Program-made: the position numbers and the translations under genes
NCBI RefSeq assembly: GCF_964355755.1
Contig: NC_092677.1
Coordinates: forward strand, 17,506,101-17,570,100
Source: Antedon mediterranea
Lineage: Eukaryota; Animalia; Echinodermata
Direction: 5' to 3'
DNA: 64,000 nt
Shown: in pieces, positions 25,005 through 37,791 of the stretch
Numbering within the stretch: the first letter of the stretch is position 1
Layout: every line of letters starts with the position of its first letter
The notes under the pieces: model-generated
Seen by the model: only the letters and a program-made list of their open reading frames with translations
Told to the model about the DNA's origin: nothing
The model's database searches: none

Positions 25005-28000
25005 GATGGTAGTCCCAATTTTCTTTTCATCATACAGGACGACTCAAAACATTCGTTTTCCACAAAGTGAACGCTGCATATTTTAGAATATTCATTAGTG
25101 CCTAGGAAAATCGGCTCTAGTAAACTGGACAAAACGAATCCACTGGCGTCTTATTCGTTTGAAGTTAGAACACAACCACCAACGACACAATTGACTGGCA
25201 TAATATCGGAAAATAATGTAAAACTTCGATGAAAATATACTCGCTCAATAGAGATACAATACAACACAATAAGGATAGAGAAGATACTGTGGTACTGTCA
25301 CACCAAAATCAGTCCGGGCCAAAATCGGTCCGGCGGACCGGTTTTGGCTGCCAAAATCAGTCCGGTGGACCATTTTTGGCGGCCAAAATTGGTCCGGCCT
25401 GGATAAAATTTGGCCGCCAAATATGGTACGGTCTTACAAATATATGGTGCGCAAAATGAGTCATAATGTATATATCATTAAAAAAAAAGGCCATGATTAG
25501 TCATTATATTGAAAACTACGGGGTTTTATTTGTTATTTTAATATTATAAATTAAGCCTGTTTTTTTTATTATTATTAGTAGTAATTGTTAGGCTTTTTGT
25601 ATACAATATGTATCTCTGCCAGTTTTTAATCCATTTTGTTCTTTTTTAACATCTTCGTTTCCCCATGATGTTAAAAACAATTTAATCAATATATCAATTC
25701 AATACAATTATTATAAAACAATTATCCAATATTGATTAGGCTGAGGAAGGAAAAAGGCCTCAATCATAAATAAAATCTAGCTGGCAATATCAGCATCTCA
25801 TACCCGTTCGTATGAGTGAATACCTAAGTCATGTTTTTAGATAAAATACATTTATTTATAGTATTTATCCAACAAGATAACTTACTAATATATATAATGG
25901 GATATTTTTCTAGCCATAAACAACTTAAAACAGCATCATAGGCCTAGTAATTCAATTAAAATCGACAGAAGAAAAGCCCGGACCGATTTTGGCAGTGGCG
26001 GACTGCTTTTGGCCACAATTTTAGAGCCAAAACTGGTCCGGCCGGACCGATTTTGATTGGCTAATAATAAGGCGGACCTGGTCTAAAGCATCCTTCTCTA
26101 AACACAGAGAATCACAACATCAATAATATGACAATTATCTAGGCCTAGGCTAGTAGCCTATGCCTGTACTATAATATATTCTTATTTTTAGGACATAAAA
26201 TTTAGAAGCGTCGACTTTTCTATAATACTTTAAATATTATTTAATGGTTCCAATCAACAATCAACTAGGCCTAGTATTTGATACAATGTAATTATAATTT
26301 TATTAAACCGTATTCTACCTTTCTCGGAACAAGGTATCAATCGACGGGTGTGTCCTCGAAAGCGAAGATAAATGGTAGTGTGCACAAAATCTGACAAAAA
26401 TCGATGACACCTTGAATTTACAGATTCTAAAAAAATATTTCGATTTTAATCGTTATGTTATCAAAAAACATGACTTTATCTGTGAACAAGCTCACGTTTT
26501 TTCGCCAATGGAGTTAATATGTGATATAGTTTTACGAACAAACACATTGCGCTATTTGCAAGGCGACGGACACACAAGAAGGACCTCGAATTGAATGCAA
26601 TATTAAATGTCACTTTTTCCGATAACTTTGTATTGTAGCACACGTCGCCTACAATTTAAAACCATAGCCAACTGTATAGAAAAGTATAGAAATAAACTAC
26701 AGTAAAGTAAATAAATTAAAGTAAGTAAATTGTAAGAAGTAAAGGATGGCGATAGGCTTATTTAGCCTAATTTTAGAGCCTATAGGCCTATAAAAAGTGT
26801 CCGTATCATAGATTTTACACTTGTTTTTAAAAATGTTATACGTACGCGTGAATACAACTTAGAGATCCTTTTTTTTGCCTTTAAATATTATTATGTTGTC
26901 TAAATGTATGAATAAATACAATAAGATATTTATTCATCCTTTAGTTATTCTGTATAGTATTTTAAACTTGTACATTTTCCCCATTGTAGCCAATACTACA
27001 GTATTACTGATTTAATTATTCGCCAGTTTAAAAATGTTTTTCTAATGTCTTCATAATGGACAAATAATATTATCAGTATCGGTTAGTGTGGTTGGTGAAG
27101 CGACAGCACTATGTAAAGAAGAAAAATGTAAAATAAATATTTCATTAACCAACGTATGAACTACTAAACATCCTACCGCAACGTATCGTATTGACGCGCG
27201 CGCAACATAAGAAAATACTATTTTTGCATCCCCTCTTCGATCGAGAATCATGATGAACGTAAAGCAGTCGGTGTTGAACACGTCGGTTCCAACTTGTGAT
27301 GACACGCAAGTTTGTTCTTAAGGCGCACTTTGCGTCGATCTGGAAACTAATTCCAGCTCTTAAAGTATTTCCCGGGCCAAATTTGGCAGAATATATTCAA
27401 ATTATGATTTGACAAGAAGTAAAAAGAACGAACGATATAGGCATCAGCGTTCTGCAAATTTTGGTTATAAATCGGTCGTTTCCTGCGACATATCATCTGT
27501 TTCACGGCTTCCATAATTCCGAATAATTATGCCATTATGTCAACGTTCACAAAGACAAAAGCCATTCAAAACAAAGATTGAAATAGAAAATATTCCCTCC
27601 AAAATTACAAGTTGCCGATTTTGTTACGGTTGCAATGTGATTAGTGACGATAGTGTGTTCACGTTTAATTTATTTTTTCGCTAAGACTATTACGAAACTC
27701 GTGTTCATCATTCGTCGTATAGCCAAATTCGTGAATGTGGGAACCGGTCGTTCCACTGTGGTGTCGTTTGTCGATTTTTGATCTTAGTATTGCTACCCAT
27801 ATCGATTGTTATTATCGTTGTTGTTTTATACTATTAATAATAAGAGGCCCTTGATGGCCACTTGCGTCCCAAAATGTGGACTGGGAAAAAATAAGGCAGG
27901 TGTAATTTCTTACAAAGGAAAAAAAAAAAAATACTGATAGCAGTAATGACAACAACCTAAAATAATTATACTAATAATAATTAACGTTCTATATTTTATT

Positions 28001-28689
28001 ATTAATCATTATTAAATACGCCCAAGACGTGCAACAAAATAAAATAAATATGGACTTATCTTAATACAAAATCAAATGCAACCATTTATAAAATATTATT
28101 ACATTAAAAAGTATATAAACACTAGGTTATAAAAATACATTCAATACATTTGAGCGAAAAGTAAAAGATTGTGTTATGGAAGGATATTATAAATTTCGTT
28201 GCGTTACTAGAGGGCGCTATTAGTTTTAAACGAACTGAACAATAGAATATCCCAAAATCCGTTTAGAGTTTCTTTAATTAGTGTTTCGATAATTTATTTT
28301 CGTTTGTACGGTAATATTTAGTATATTTACTTTAAGCTTAGTTTACTTCAACCATTTGGACTGTTTGCAGGCTTCTTAACACATTTTAAAGAATATCACA
28401 GATACACCTATATGAGTTGTTGATTTTTGAAGTACTTTTTGTGCTGAACACATATTTGATATAATTTTTTGTTTTTAACAATCGGAAATTGCCGAAAATA
28501 CATAATTTTAATATTTTTCTAAGCCCCGCCCCCGGCGATGTTCAGCGAAGCGCGTCCAAGCCCTGTGACGTCAAAGCAGTAACATAGCTTTCTTGGGATA
28601 TCGCTTGCCTCCTCTCCTGCATCGTGCGCTATATACACACAACACAGTACTTTTTTATCAGCTATTCGCTATTTATCGTGTTGAAAGAG

Positions 28690-29841
28690 ATGGATTATAT
28701 ACAGCCGTATCAATTTGAGCCACTAGCAAATGAAGATGAGAGTGCTAGAAGTATTGCAGAAGATGCATTAGTAATCGAAAAACAGAAGAGACTGGAAAAT
28801 ACGGAATGGTAAGTTTCGATTTTAAATTAAAAAGCCCAGCCTCCCCATCCCATTTAACTATTATAGGCCTAGACCTAGCTAGGCTATGCTAAGCATGGAT
28901 GTATTATCCGTATTAAACCTCCATGGGCTTAGGCTGCCTTACCTTTGATTAGAGCCGGGCCTAGCTAAATAGGCCCTAGTTTAGGAATAATTTGTGACTT
29001 TTTAACCCCACTTCAACAGTACAACGAATCCAATCGGTTTTTAAATGTGTTGGAATGGTTTCCGAAATGACGACTACTACTACAGTACCGTACTACTACT
29101 ACTAGGCCTAGCCCTAATAAATAATACTAGGCCTCTAGGCTAGTAATAATCAAGCAACACTTTCTAGCCTATCTCTTAATTATATTATAATGGATAAAGC
29201 CATTGGATAAAGGGTAGTAGTACTGTAGTAGCTGTTATCGGTCACAATCGGTAAGACAATAGAGCCAATTTATTGTTATGTTACATGGTCTCCCTTTTTT
29301 AAAAAAAAACAATACTACCATTTTTGTTAAGGTGCACATGTGGGAATTGTAAAATAATGCAGTCCTTTGAAGAGTGCCTATGTTGCACCGAGGTAGCAGA
29401 TGTCATCAGCACCAGAGACCGTGATGCGGAGATTACAGGAGAATTTCAGTGCATCACCGACCACCCAGGATTTCATGCAAATTGTCTAGATGTGTGGGCT
29501 TTACAGATGGCAAGAAAAAATACACCCAAAAAATTCTTGACTAAAGAAGCTAAATCAATGCATGAGTAAGTATTTATGACAACTGTTTTAATAATCAACA
29601 ATTTTCAGCCAATTCTACAAAATAAATGTATATAACATTATATGGTTTCTGAAATTGACTACAAATCTATATTTTTTGTTATAGAAAGTACAGGCACACA
29701 AGTTACAGGAACTTCGTGAAATGGACACATGGATACATGGGTCGAAGCAATCGTGTAATTATCCCAGCATGTGTTGTTTCGAGAATCCGAAACACATTTT
29801 CATCCGAGCAATACACCGGTTTCAAATATCCATCTCTTTAG
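28690..29841 (+). CDS. KolX / P2X7 C-terminal (ballast)-like Cys-rich protein, 169 aa; exons 28690-28808, 29332-29565, 29685-29841
   Basis: IQPYQFEP...RLENTEWCTCGNC...EECLCCTEV...CITDHPGF...YRHTSYRNFVKWTHGYMGRSNRVIIPACVVSRIR; GT-AG introns; 510 nt with no internal stop. Confidence 0.88.
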
Positions 29842-32800
29842 GTTGAAAGCGTGTACGGTGAGCAGCTATTGCTTCAGTTTTGTTGGGACGGGCAAACTCG
29901 CTGCATAGTGGCGGTGGCACATCTTCAATTTGCATGATTTCGTTTTTACTGCAAGACATTACCAAGTCAACTAATTTACCAACATACTCTGCAAAATAAA
30001 AATTTCACCTTGATAATTTTGTTTAAATCATTTAAAACGTTAGTAATATTCAAAAAAAGTAAATAATTTACTGTACTTACCATAGGTTGGATTCACCATT
30101 ACACACTTTACAACTGATCCGCCTTTCTTGAACTTTGGAAAATTTATGGCATAACGCATCTCACCATCCTTGGTCTGGGCCTGACAACGTCCACCATTCT
30201 CATTGTAATGCAATGCAGCTAATAGTGTTCTGTAATTAACAAATAAACAAAAAGAAATAAAATTTGAAGACTTTTTTTTATATATAAATTGTATTTTAAT
30301 TATTATTATTTCATATTATTTACCTGCATTTTTGAACCCGAAATGTGAAGTGACATGCCTTTGGCGCATAATGGTTCAGAAGAGAGTGGAATGCTTCTAA
30401 TTTCGATGTCTGGTGCTTTTCGCTCATCTGTCCAATGTCTTTTACTAACCTCGGATTTGTGACGATGTCTTTAGTTTTGTTGGCAGCAATACTACCTGTT
30501 GAAAAAATATATAGTATTATTTGTTTTTTATCAAAACAAGAAAATATTTACATGCGGTTTAAGAAATAGAATATCTCACCTGGGATTAACCATTTCTTCC
30601 GTGGTTCACCATCACTGATTTCATCATGGAGGCAACAAGGGAAGAGATCACCATGACCTGTGTGCATATTCTGCATATGCCGCAACAACGAGTTCCACTT
30701 TGCAACCATGACTTCCCCGTCCCCGGACGGTGTTGACGTAGCGCACCAATATATGTGGTGGTTGATGCTCTTAGCCCATGGTCTCAAGTCTTGACCACAA
30801 ACCAACTTTGCTGCTGCGTCAATTTTTTTCTTGATTCCTTAAAAATGCAGAAATAAAATGTTACCAACACCCTATTAAAATAGCCAGATGTGAAATGTAG
30901 CGTTTCTAAACATTTGAAAGTCTCACCTTTAGCTATATGCCAAATGTCAAACTTGTGGGTTGTGCCGTCCATATTCTCACGAACCCACTTCTTGATCTGG
31001 GAGTGGCGGTCTGTCACCAACACATTAATTTTGACGTTTTCTTTCTTTAAACTCTCAACACCTCTTATAAGCCCTTCCTTTTCCATGGCGCTACTTGACG
31101 ATACTTCATTTGACTAAAGGACAACATCTATTTTTAATCAATACATGAAGATTTGGTTTAGCATTTATTAGCGATTTTTATAGTGAAATAATACCTACTT
31201 GAACAAGCTGTACGTCTAGAATTTTTCCACCACTTAGATCCATCAGAGTATAGCAGCCATACTTTGCAGAATGACCAGGAGAGTCGCACCTTCCATCACC
31301 TCCAACCACTAGTTTCTCATACTCCCTTGTATGCTGTATTCTGCACCTCCTATCCTCTTCCCATAGACGTTCGATACTTGGCAACAAAAAATTGCGCTGG
31401 TGAACAAAGAACGTCTGTTGGGAAATGGCAGCACATTGCATATGATTTAGCATCCGAAGTGCTTTTGATGGACTGGACCCTGAAAAAAGAATTGCTGCCG
31501 ATAACAGTAAATTGCCAGCTGGTGCATTCTGTATCTTTGGCTGTGACTCCCAATGTCGTGTGTAGTTGCAAGAAGGACATTGTTGCTTGACGCGGCAAAA
31601 GGTTCCTTGGACAAAACTTGTTGAACTGTCAGTTTCAGCACTACACATGGGACAAATTTGAAAAACAGCCAACAATCTGTCTTCGTAAACAATAAACTTT
31701 CGACCTCTAAAAGTATCTCCTGCTACATACTCCCTGAAAAATTGTATACAAATAAAAATGTTTAGGCTTACTTCAAATATTTGTTGGTAACTTTCATAGT
31801 ATTTAAACCATCACATGTTACACAAGTTGTAAGAGTTATTTGAAAACTCACATTTTCTCATCTTCATTTGCATCCATCCCTATGTCTTCCCATGGGTCAT
31901 AGTCTGGGTCGTTACAGTCATCATCATCGTTATCTTCTTCATCATCATCCTCCTCCTCCTCCTCTTCTTCTTCTTCTTCCTCCTCCTCTTCATCTTTTTC
32001 ACTGTCTTCTCCATCCACTTCTTCACGGCCTTCTTTAATGTTTGGTGTTCTAGAGGTAATTTTATAATCATTGGTGCTTTGGTCATCCTCTGGAAATATC
32101 TGTACTCCTAAAAAACATTAAAAAAAATAATCATTTAGTTTCATGAATTGTAAAATAGAGAGATTTTCCAAGGTGTGATATAGGCCTATAAAAAAAATTG
32201 TATTGGAACATGTACTGTATACTGGAATGAAATTTCTTTCCAGGAGAATAAAAAAGAAAATTACCTTTATCAAACATACGCGTCTTGAATTGAATACTTA
32301 AATTAGACGTCTTTACTTTAGGCTGCTTATGTTTGCAACAATCGCAATGAACAACAATTGGGTCCGTCTGGAAATGAAGGACATTGTTGAGATAATAAAA
32401 TTACATTCAAAAGTAAATACATTTTTATATTTGGTTGCTCATTGCATAATTTTTTTATATGTATCAAGTGTTAATTTGTTCCCAATTTACTCATTAAATG
32501 TTAATTGTAATCTTACCTGTACTTCTGCAACAGCTGTGTTATTTTCATCATCTGTAGTTTCAACTGATGATATCATGTCATCAAAGTCCATGTTGTCATT
32601 CTGTAGTAGAGGAATTTCTTGCAACACCTATCCATAAATAAATATACAGTAATTTATTATCCAATAATTATTAACTGACTACAGACTCAGACTCAAAAAT
32701 TTCATCTAAAATTGAATAGACTACCAAAAATGTACAGGCTAGTTAGGTAAGCCTAGGTTAATAGTAATACGAATCGTGTAGGTAGTGTAGGCTAGAGAGT

Positions 32801-33309
32801 AGTAGTAGGTCTGTACTAGTAACTTGAGTAGGTAGTGTGTAGTAGCATGTAGGCCTAGTACTAGTAGGCCTAGACTAGTAGGCCTAGACTAGTACTAGGT
32901 AGTAGTAGACAGTATCCTAGCTAGCCTAGCTAGGCCTATTTTATTTACTTACTCTTGCTCTCTCACGTTTTTCGTAGGCATTAGATCGTCTTTTCTTTTT
33001 GTTATTTGCAACCAGTTGCCCTGGAGGATCGGGCCGTTTAAAAACAGTTGGTATTGCTCCTTTTACCAGCCGCATATAATTGTTGCCACTCATCCCAATT
33101 GAACTTGCAAGTAAACTCCTTGCCTCGTAGTCCGTCTCCAGAAAATGATCGCTACATAGGACCGAATATGCCGAAGCTTGGAAATTGCTCCGTGTTCTCG
33201 AAACGGCATTAGTCCACTTCTTCCTCAAAATTTCATCTTTTGGGAACTTATGGAAGTTCACATTGTGTGTATGGTTGTTGTCACAACCAGCAGCTACACA
33301 ACGAGGCAT
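29822..33309 (-). CDS. Kolobok transposase with N-terminal THAP domain, 764 aa; exons 32953-33309, 32517-32627, 32265-32367, 31852-32107, 31199-31733, 30927-31113, 30580-30837, 30324-30495, 30081-30229, 29822-29988
   Basis: THAP (CVAAGC...CSDHF...AIPT), acidic tract, CPMC/CPSC finger, GGDGRCDSPGHSAKY, LVTDRH, FDIWHIAK, QTSKLEAFHS, LAALHYNEN; all nine introns GT-AG with compatible phases (2295 nt). Confidence 0.9.
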
Positions 33310-35351
33310 TTTAAAATGCTAAAATCTCTGTTTGAAAATGTGTGCTTTAAACTATCGATCGGTAAAATATGAATATGCACTATGTAATGAAACCACCGCG
33401 CCAAACACTGTTACTGCTTATGCGTCATTTCCGCTAAAGGTCATGTAAAGGTCATAGTCGGTAGGTGGGGCGTGCGGCGAAGAAAACCGTCAAAATCGGT
33501 GGTTTAAAAGTCGTTTTATACAACAATGCGATAAAAAAAAATAAAATAGAAGATGAAGATATGTTAATTTTGTAATAGTTTAATGATTTTTAATGAACTG
33601 AGTGAAGATTAGTATTGTCACCTTAATTATTCTTTAAAGAATAAATAAGCGAATTTAAAGGCCGGACCAGTTTTGGCCTAGCCGGACCTGTTTTAGCGGC
33701 TGTTCAACGCCAAAATCGATCCGGCCGGACCGATTTTGGCCGGATCAATTTTGGCGTGACAGTACCTATTATGCATCATACATACAGTTATACATTGTAG
33801 CATAGCATGTTCTAATTTGTTGGTATGATGACGTTATCAAAATAAACTTGAAGATGAAAATTTCGAAAGAATGAATGTAGCAAAAAAAAAATATAAGGTT
33901 TGGAAGAAAATTTGGCGTGTACATGTGCAATGCGCGCTCTTTAAAATTGTTATGAATGTGACGAAAGAGATGAAAAAAATTTTTTAATTCAACTGGCCAT
34001 ATCACAACATCCGATGTGAATTTTTATGTGAATTCATATCTAAATTTCAGCAGCTATCAATTTATTTTCACGAATCATTCTATTCCAACTCAAGTTCCAT
34101 CTTTGCTATATTAACAGTCCAGTCAACATTAGGGGATAGTGAATGAAAACTAACTATACCCTATATTACATAGTAATTTTTATATTAAAAGTCTAGACAC
34201 AATAATTGACAAATGAGTTTTAAGTCAATTACCAAACCAATGTTTATTAAAGAAAAGCAATAGAAAATAAAAATGCATTTCAACTTTTAAAATCCAAAAG
34301 GAAAACGAATTATACGGTCTTTTCATCGTTTTCGATAAATGTCATGGCGGGACATGTGTTATTTAAATTTTTTGGTTGGGAAATCTTTTTTTTTGTGAAG
34401 GCTAATGAAAATGTCAATGGTTATAATTATAATTTAATTGGTAAACAATGTAACATAATTGCAAAGAATGGTGAAATTAAACCAGCTAATTTAATGATTA
34501 TATTGCATTATTTTTTAGGGCAGTCGCATATGTGTATAAAAAGAAGGAAGTATTAAAAAATAATGTATTATAAATATAATAATAATCAATTTACTTACTT
34601 CTGAAACAGTCCCACGTACTGAAATCCTATGTTTTGTAGGAATTCGTGGGATATCGGCAATTTTGAGTACAGGGGAAATTGGTAGGCATCAATGAAAAAA
34701 AACTGCAAATATAAAAAAAGAAAGAAATGAATGAATGAACTAATTCTGTGATCTTTGTCGGTATGAATTTATGCATTACCGTACATTGAAAATGCTCAAA
34801 CTAAACAAGAAGCTGTTGTTGATACCAATGAAGGAAAAAAAAGAAAAAAAGGAAACATGGCTTCACAGATGATGGAAATAATTTATATTTGGCTAAATCC
34901 TTTTCCATCAATGATTGTGTAATATATTGGTATGAGGTTTCTGACTTGTAATGAAGACTCTTACTCGCTTAACTGTCGTAACACATATTGTTTATTCAAT
35001 AATACTTGATGCAATAATGATACAGTACAATATACAACTATAACTATAAGTTGATACAGGGGTGTTTAAGTGGGAATGATTGATCTTATCTGGGGAGGTT
35101 ACAATGATGAATTGGCCCTGTCGAATCTCTGCTTAAAACTGTCAATATCTAATTGTTTTACAATGGGAACGGTTAGAGAGGTCAAATAAACTGTTTACTT
35201 TTTGGATTTAATTATGAACTAAATGGACTAAATGTACTTGAAACATCTGGACAATTTCTCCTCTGGTCTTTCTGGGCCAAGTTTGTGAACTTAGTTGAAT
35301 TCTAATACAAAGGTTGATTTCTTAATTATAAAAGTATATCATTATATTACA

Positions 35352-35724
35352 ATTGCTTCTTCCATCAAAACTCGAAACTCCCCTGGGTCTTGGTTACCTC
35401 TTGGGAGATGTTTAGCAGTTACAATTTATATTTGGCTAAATCCTTTTTCATCAATGATTGCTTCTTCCATCAAAACTCGAAACTCCCCTGGGTCTTGGTT
35501 ACCTCTTGGGAGATGTTTAGCAGTTACAATTTATATTTGGCTAAATCCTTTTTCATCACTGATTGCTTCTTCCATCAAAACTCGAAACTCCTCTGGGTCT
35601 TGGTTACCTCTTGGGAGATGTTTAGCAGTTACAATTTATATTTGGCTAAATCCTTTTTCATCAATGATTGCTTCTTCCATCAAAACTCGAAACTCATTTG
35701 GGTCTTGGTTACCTCTTGGGAGAT
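35352..35724. repeat. 105-bp tandem repeat x3.5 derived from the 3' end of a HECT gene
   Basis: Minus strand of each unit encodes HLPRGNQDP.EFRVLMEEAII.EKGFSQI*. Confidence 0.9.
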
Positions 35725-35885
35725 GAAGTTCCAAAGTTGAGGCAGTTAGGTATTATCCTTTTAAAATGTGACGTCTAGAGAAAAATCGGATCCTTATTTT
35801 TTCATAGAAACCCAGTGGAGGAATGGTATCTGCTCCGCTAACAAATATGAGGAAATCTTCTAGGTTGTTCTTGCCAACAAATCAA
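35630..35885 (-). pseudogene. G2E3-like HECT C-lobe remnant
   Basis: LEDFLIFVSGADTIPPLGF...TASTLELHLP...MEEAII..KGF* with frameshifts. Confidence 0.7.
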
Positions 35886-36289
35886 GTTACATTATGTACT
35901 TGCATAGATCTTCATCATTAGTGTTTTGCTCTTGTTCAAAGTTTACTTTTCCTTTTTCCGTCTCATCAGATATCTCATGAATCCAAGCAGCTGCCGTTAA
36001 AACAATCTGTTCATTGCAGACACCAGGCGTCTTTACATTACTGTGAACTGATCCCACTTTAAATCCATATCTGAAATATCTTGTGTAACTTTCTCCTGAA
36101 ATTAAAACAATTTATTTAAATGATTTCAAATGATAAGATGTATACAATTGATATCTATTTGATTTGAATAGATTAGCCGTCTTGTTGTAAAGCATTAAAA
36201 ACTCACTTGCCATTGTATCTTGTGTGCCTCAAGGAATTCAGCAATCAAATGTTCACAAATCTATGTGCTTGACACCAGTCCATTTCAGA

Positions 36290-36370
36290 CAGGTATTAGC
36301 TTGATATGCGAGGGTATGGTAAAGGCAGTTTTCATCACCTGGTGTTGCGTGTATTCCTACCCTAATGTCA
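36290..36370 (-). pseudogene. OTU-like cysteine protease fragment
   Basis: VGIHATPGDENCLYHTLAYQ resembles the OTU GDGNCLY motif. Confidence 0.45.
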
Positions 36371-36547
36371 GCATGTGAAAAACGTACTTCAAATGAATTT
36401 TTTTAGGAATTGAATATCTCTTACTCGTGATCTGTGGAGTTGTTCTGCAACTTGTGAATTTCGCATTTCTTTTTTTAAATTAAATTGGAGCAAGGTATCG
36501 AAGAGGCAAAGCAGTGTCCTCGTTTGGCTGCATTATATTTTCCTCTG

Positions 36548-36838
36548 TTGGTTCTGCATGTCTTATCGTTTGGGTAGAAACCATTTGGGGCATATGGCAT
36601 ACAACATAATTCTCTGTGTGATGAGTAAAATAGAAAGGAATGTCAATAATGTTTGGGTTTAATTAAATCTCCTCTCCCATCTCACCTGACGTTATTATTT
36701 ACACTATTTAAATATACCCAATTGAATATATGAAATGACATTTGATTAGTGTATGTACAGTATTCTTTAATGTCACTTAAGTCTAAGACAACAGTAGTTT
36801 GCTTAGACTGTCTGGCCTTTCTTCCACCTTCTTTATCT
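36548..36838 (+). repeat. ~290-bp near-identical dispersed duplicate (copy at 59068-59357)
   Basis: ttggttctgcatgtcttatcg...ccttctttatct occurs at both sites with very few differences. Confidence 0.9.
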
Positions 36839-37791
36839 TTAGCAGACGTTCCAACCCTCCCGATTTATCCGGGAATCTCCCGAATTTTAACATCACCTCC
36901 CGGTCTCCCGAATTTTTAAATATATCTCCCGATTTCACACATTCCTATAAAATTCAGTATTAAATTAAATCTCTAATCACTTAGAGAATTGGTAAGGTAT
37001 AGATCTAATCTATACCTTACCAATTCTCTATCGATTGCACACTATTAGTGTGTGGTAACGGGAACTAGAGTGGGCGTTGAGGACAGGTGGTTGAAACACG
37101 AGGTTGAGAAAGAAAGTAGACAATAAAGTGTTGATTCATAAGACTGTGTTTCTTGCTCTTATTTAAATTGTGTGGATACTACAAACTGTATTTTTAACTC
37201 AATTTAAATTTTAAAAAAGTAACCGTTTTCATGTGAATTAGCCTGACAAAAACCAACAAATACCTTAATCTGCGCTGCCAACATTTTAAACATTATTGCA
37301 CATTATTTTTCTCTAACTGAACCCAGGTCGAATACACTGTAAAGCTACAATAAAATACCAAAAGACCTTTTATTAGAATTTTTTCAAGGTCAAACCATAT
37401 ATAGCCTCTACTATAAGTACTCCGTTAACTTGTGCTTTTACAAAAACGAAATTTGTCATCTATTTAAAAGAATCATTTTACAATAACTTCTTCCAATAAT
37501 TAACTTTTTAACAAAATTTTTATGGGTATATACAACATAATTCATCTCAAGAAGTTGAATTGAATATATTGAAAATGACAAGAATGATTATGTTGTATAT
37601 ACCCATAAAAATTTTGTAATTACACAATTCACATGCATGAACTTGTATTTCTGTGTAGGCCTACCCTATCTAAGTATATGTATACATTTATATTAATTTC
37701 TTCTATGTACATTTTATGTTTAATGCTAGTAATACTGTAGGTCTAATCAAATTGTCTGACATTGTGCGAGATATTATGCGCGATCCAGCGT

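Larger units (their letters stand above)
15969..25201 (-). pseudogene. Decayed THAP-domain exon split by the Copia insertion (15969-16088 and 25005-25201)
   Basis: Removing the Copia and one GATGG restores MPVNCVVGGC...KICSVHF...KRKLGLP|STLKLKADAVPT (THAP C2CH and AVPT motifs); GT donor at 15967-15968. Confidence 0.8.
28390..33633 (-). mobile_element. Kolobok DNA transposon, apparently intact/autonomous (5244 bp)
   Basis: TTAA|AGAATA...TATTCT|TTAA ends (short imperfect TIR); convergent THAP-DDE transposase and KolX-like genes. Confidence 0.85.
25295..33762. mobile_element. Non-autonomous TIR DNA element (CTGTCAC.CCAAAAT termini, probable TA TSD) hosting nested insertions
   Basis: ta|ctgtcacaccaaaat...attttggcgtgacag|ta; subterminal ggtccgg..ggacc..ttttggc motifs at 25305-25420, 25978-26055, 33660-33755; empty site would read GGTACC. 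Confidence 0.75.

Noticed and set aside
31880-32086. Basic poly-K/R ORF
   Set aside because: Alternative frame of the acidic exon 4 of the Kolobok transposase.
32730-32940. TAGGCCTA/CTAG-rich tracts (also 28860-29170)
   Set aside because: Low-complexity first-intron motif scattered across the window; no specific function supportable.
35295-35740. Plus-strand 143-aa and 116-aa repeat ORFs
   Set aside because: Antisense read-through of the 105-bp HECT-derived repeat.
37048-37183. Short solo LTR (TG...CA with AATAAA)
   Set aside because: No matching TSD and no second copy in the window.
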